Below are positions 60,415 to 64,000 of a stretch of DNA of 64,000 nt, one piece after another. Source of the DNA: a virus. The position numbers were made by a program, and so were the translations under genes. The stretch covers positions 1-64,000 of IMG/VR virus record IMGVR_UViG_3300005529_000030, one strand, 5' to 3'. Within the stretch, counting starts at the first letter, position 1, and every line of letters begins with the position of its first letter. The notes under the pieces are model-generated. The model was given only the letters and a program-made list of their open reading frames with translations, was not told the DNA's origin and ran no database searches.

Positions 60415-62005
60415 TACTCCTCTCTACCGAATCTTCTTCGGGCTCATAAAATTTGAACGGCACATCTTCCAAAAACATGCTTTTACTTCCGCTCCAACTT
60501 ATATGCAAATGCTTGGCGGCGCGACTACAAGCAACGAAGAAAATTCGTTTTTCTTCGGGCAATTCTCCGTTTTTATGGGGCATTATACCCTGTTCCGCTC
60601 CGATAATGAAAACATTATCCCATTCCCGTCCCTTAGCTTGATGGACGGTGGCCAAAGTTAAATCTTTTTCTTTTCGGCTCTTTCTTCCATACGTTAACTT
60701 TCGTATGTAATTAAGAAATTCGGTCACATTCATGTTTTTCTGAGCCGCTAATTTTACCACGTTATTAAGATTTTCTATGGGGTCGCTATTCATTAAATCG
60801 CCCGTATCTCTATATCGGTAATACAAATTGTTATCGGCAATAATTTGTCTCAAAGCAGAACTTGCGTCTTGTTGTTGGTTCACCGTCTTAGCCAAATTCA
60901 ATAAAACTTTAACTTCGTTCTGCTCCCAAAAATCTTTTTTGCCTAGATTCTTATATTTTATGTTTCTAGCGGCAGCTATTCTTTGAACGTCAAAAAGCTG
61001 TCTGTTAGTTCGAGCTATGATTACCGAATTTTCAGGGTCCTCTACTGCCTTATCCAATACTCTTCTTATTTCTATGTCGGTATCAGGATATTGTATAAGA
61101 ATTGGGTCTTTGCCTTCATCGTTTTCGGTTATCATATGAGACGCGATACCGTTATCAACCGGAAGAATGAACTTAAAAAACTCTACAAGTCTCTTTGTGC
61201 TTCTATAATTTTTTCCTAGGTACAACGTTTTGGCTCCAGGAAAAAGCCTTGCAAAGTTGCTTAAATTTCCTGATTGGGCCGAACGCCATTCGTAGATGCA
61301 TTGATTTTCGTCTCCTACTACAAGAATGTTGCCATTAAATAATAGTTGCAAGAGCCGAAACTGAAGCACATCCGTATCTTGACATTCATCCACGGAAATA
61401 TACTTCTTTTTATTTCGATTTCGCACCTCTTCATTCGTTTCCAAAAGGCGAACCGCTTCTCTAATCAAAGAATCGAAATCCAACCAACCGCGTTCTCGAC
61501 ACTTTTTTTCATACTCTTCGTAAGCCAACGCCAAATAATACTCACGTCCTACGGCTTCTCGCAGAGCTTGTTCAGGCTCTATTCCGTCTCTTTTCCATGA
61601 AGATATGGCTGTTTGCAGAGTTCTAAAATTAGTTACTCCTCTTGATTTATAAATATCCACTAACTCGAAAAGCAGTTGATAATCTTCTCCTCTGACGGGA
61701 ATTATTTCATCTGTCATTTGGAATGGAACGAATCTTCTTTCACGCTTCATTAAATCCAACGCATAACTATGAAATGTGCGAAAAATCTGTTCCGCGTTCA
61801 CAAGTCCTACACGGTTTACCATTTCCGTGGCTGCCGCATTAGTGAAAGAAAGATTAAGAATATCTTTATGAGATATTCCCTTTGACAACATATTTAGGTG
61901 CCGCTCAACTAAGCAATGAGTTTTTCCTGAGCCAGGGCCTGCTATGACAACCCAAACTCCGTCTATCGCTTCTACAACGGCTTGTTGTTGGACGTTTAAT
62001 TTCAT
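60395..62005 (-). CDS. UvrD/Rep-family SF1 helicase
   Basis: AGPGSGKT, VDECQD, VGD.NQ.IY, NYRS, TVHQAKGREW, EE.R.F.VA.SRA. Confidence 0.95.
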   Translation of the reverse strand: MKLNVQQQAVVEAIDGVWVVIAGPGSGKTHCLVERHLNMLSKGISHKDILNLSFTNAAATEMVNRVGLVNAEQIFRTFHSYALDLMKRERRFVPFQMTDEIIPVRGEDYQLLFELVDIYKSRGVTNFRTLQTAISSWKRDGIEPEQALREAVGREYYLALAYEEYEKKCRERGWLDFDSLIREAVRLLETNEEVRNRNKKKYISVDECQDTDVLQFRLLQLLFNGNILVVGDENQCIYEWRSAQSGNLSNFARLFPGAKTLYLGKNYRSTKRLVEFFKFILPVDNGIASHMITENDEGKDPILIQYPDTDIEIRRVLDKAVEDPENSVIIARTNRQLFDVQRIAAARNIKYKNLGKKDFWEQNEVKVLLNLAKTVNQQQDASSALRQIIADNNLYYRYRDTGDLMNSDPIENLNNVVKLAAQKNMNVTEFLNYIRKLTYGRKSRKEKDLTLATVHQAKGREWDNVFIIGAEQGIMPHKNGELPEEKRIFFVACSRAAKHLHISWSGSKSMFLEDVPFKFYEPEEDSVERSNALFIH

Positions 62006-62985
62006 AGCCCGACCACACTCTCTATGTATTTGATTGTAGATTCAGTTCCCTCACTTTTAATTTTATTTTCTAGCGCCGACAAAAAACTTTCCCATTGTTC
62101 GGCTGTTAATTCCGATAAATTTTCTACTTCAGGAAACATAGAAGATGCAAATAATCTCATTTTATCCGAATTGCCCATCCCAAGCTTAGGCAAAAATCCG
62201 TTTGGCTCCAAATAATCATTTATAATCCTAAATAAACGTTGCCGGAAAGGCTTAACTTGTTCTACAGATAATTTAAGATTAGATTTCGGAACGGACGGAG
62301 GCGGAACGGACGGAGGCGGAATTGGCGGAACAGGAGACGAAACAGAAGACGACTCCATATCCACTATCCGAGGCTTACGTCCGCGTTTTTTGCTTTCCGT
62401 TTTTCTTTCAAATTCCGAATCATCGTGTCGCGTTGCTTTTGCTGGTTCGGAATTAGGGGCTAAAGTGGGTTGAGAAAAATTTGACATTTCACCGAATTTA
62501 GTCTCGATTGATGATACTGATATACTAGGATTAATTTCGGACTCATCCAAAATTCCAGCGCCAACAAACTGCAAAGTTACTCTGCGGCATGCCCTTGTTT
62601 GTGCCGTCATAATCGCATCGTCTAGGGCTTTTCCGCTGAGGTCTTTAATCCATTTCGCCCCAGTGGATATTTCTTGGCGTCCGTTGCTGTCTTTTGCCGT
62701 GGCGGTAAACACGATAGAGCCGCCCACCACATCATGCGTAAGATTTATGATGTTAATACCTCTGCTGTTCCGTATAATTTCGGTTGCGCCTCTTTTAGCA
62801 TAAGCGACTAGACGCTTGGGGCCGTCGCCCTCATCAATATACGCCAACATAACTAAATTAAGTTCTGGCGGCACGCCGATGTAATTACAAACTGCTTTTA
62901 TATAATCTTGTCTTTGCTGTTCACTCAAAGCATCAAGGTTATATATGGGAATAAACTCAGGACTGTCTAGCATAACGCTCCTCAA
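62002..62985 (-). CDS. putative single-strand annealing/recombination protein
   Basis: A.M.AQTRA.RR.TL...G...LDESE motif; next to exonuclease/helicase. Confidence 0.55.
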   Translation of the reverse strand: MRSVMLDSPEFIPIYNLDALSEQQRQDYIKAVCNYIGVPPELNLVMLAYIDEGDGPKRLVAYAKRGATEIIRNSRGINIINLTHDVVGGSIVFTATAKDSNGRQEISTGAKWIKDLSGKALDDAIMTAQTRACRRVTLQFVGAGILDESEINPSISVSSIETKFGEMSNFSQPTLAPNSEPAKATRHDDSEFERKTESKKRGRKPRIVDMESSSVSSPVPPIPPPSVPPPSVPKSNLKLSVEQVKPFRQRLFRIINDYLEPNGFLPKLGMGNSDKMRLFASSMFPEVENLSELTAEQWESFLSALENKIKSEGTESTIKYIESVVGL

Positions 62986-62991
62986 AACATA

Positions 62992-63021
62992 ATAATATCA
63001 TAATGTTAATATTATTGTCAA
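62992..63021 (-). promoter_or_regulatory. sigma70-like promoter
   Basis: TTGACA-18 nt-TATTAT on minus strand. Confidence 0.45.
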
Positions 63022-63025
63022 GATT

Positions 63026-64000
63026 TTATTTGTGATAAAATGTATCTTCAAAACCTTCAGCGCCTAACGGCAGACTTAGTGCCCAAGATACAGGACGACT
63101 CATTATTTTTTCCATTTCGGCGGCCCCCGGAGAAAATGGGTCGGCAGAAGTTAAGCTAATGCCTTCGTCATGTACATGACCGATTATATTTAACCCCTTA
63201 GCGTCGAGTTCTAGCAGCTTCTCGGCCAAAACGTCCCTTGCGATAGCTTGTACAATATTTTCAAAAATCTTCCCTCCGTGACTGATTATTAAACCCCATT
63301 GTCCTGTTTGCTGATTTTTTCCGTAATAGGTAAACCCTAATTTATATACATCCACATCTTTAATTTCAAATTTTGTTCCTTCGCCACTTTCATCAAACTC
63401 AACCGCGATTTCTTTTTTCTTTTTCCACGGCATTTTAACTTCTTGCAAAGACGAGTCAAAATAATGTAAGTATCTACCCGAAGGAAGTTTAATTCTAAGA
63501 ATAGGATTTCGGTTTTTTATGGTTAGTTTATCAATTACAATACAGTCATCGGGTCCAAGTTTACGAACTGTCCTACTTCCTTTTAGAACGTCCCGAACCG
63601 CGTTTTCTAGCAAGTACCATATGCCGCCAGAAAAGCCAATGTTAAGGTCGGGTTGGCCGCCTATTTCCTTATAGGCTTCCCTAAACACTTTCACGACTTG
63701 TTGGGCCTGCTCTTTGGTCATATCAACGCCCATATTTTCGGCGTATCCCCAAAGTCCCATCTTAATCACGTCGCCATTTTTATCTTCTCCCCAATCCCCT
63801 CCGCTCAAACGATATACGGCACCCAATACGCCTGGCTTGGCAATTTGCCGCATTTGTTTTGCCTTAGCGGTTCTAGCCTTTCCGTCGGATGTTTGTCCTT
63901 CAGGTGTTTTTGGAAGAATCTTCAAATCATGCCAAATACTATCATATGTCACGTTAAAAATTTTACTTGCGAAATCTATATACGGGTCTCTTTTATCTTC
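63026..64000 (-). CDS. family A DNA polymerase, C-terminal part (continues beyond window)
   Basis: DPY..FA, RQ.AK...LG..Y, LPSGR.L.Y, GGK..EN.VQA.ARD, HVHDE. Confidence 0.85.
   Translation of the reverse strand, partial: EDKRDPYIDFASKIFNVTYDSIWHDLKILPKTPEGQTSDGKARTAKAKQMRQIAKPGVLGAVYRLSGGDWGEDKNGDVIKMGLWGYAENMGVDMTKEQAQQVVKVFREAYKEIGGQPDLNIGFSGGIWYLLENAVRDVLKGSRTVRKLGPDDCIVIDKLTIKNRNPILRIKLPSGRYLHYFDSSLQEVKMPWKKKKEIAVEFDESGEGTKFEIKDVDVYKLGFTYYGKNQQTGQWGLIISHGGKIFENIVQAIARDVLAEKLLELDAKGLNIIGHVHDEGISLTSADPFSPGAAEMEKIMSRPVSWALSLPLGAEGFEDTFYHK

Overview
The whole window is part of a large, probably temperate bacteriophage genome with podovirus-like (N4-gp56-type capsid, ejection-protein) architecture; the host cannot be determined from the sequence. 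1-7.1 kb: an array of 35 tRNA genes covering all 20 amino acids, several structurally atypical, with an embedded RNase P RNA and small virion-type genes. 7-42 kb (+): morphogenesis genes: accessory structural proteins, a His-rich small-gene cluster, terminase with a mini-intein, portal, scaffold, then a major capsid gene that the ORF track misses because four group I introns split it (three carry homing endonucleases, one is only ~168 nt, one exon is 27 nt, one intron appears to end in A instead of G), then adaptors, tail and ejection proteins. 42.6-44.1 kb: an IS200/IS605 element (tnpA/tnpB overlapping head-to-head) whose ends and TGAA target can be reconstructed, at the integrase 3' end. 44-64 kb (-): integrase, guaC, PTH2, dual-frame C5 methyltransferase, GH108 endolysin, a glycosylation cluster, frameshifted DHH phosphoesterase, RecB-like nuclease, UvrD helicase and a partial family A DNA polymerase. 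All family calls are by-eye motif recognition; no searches were run.
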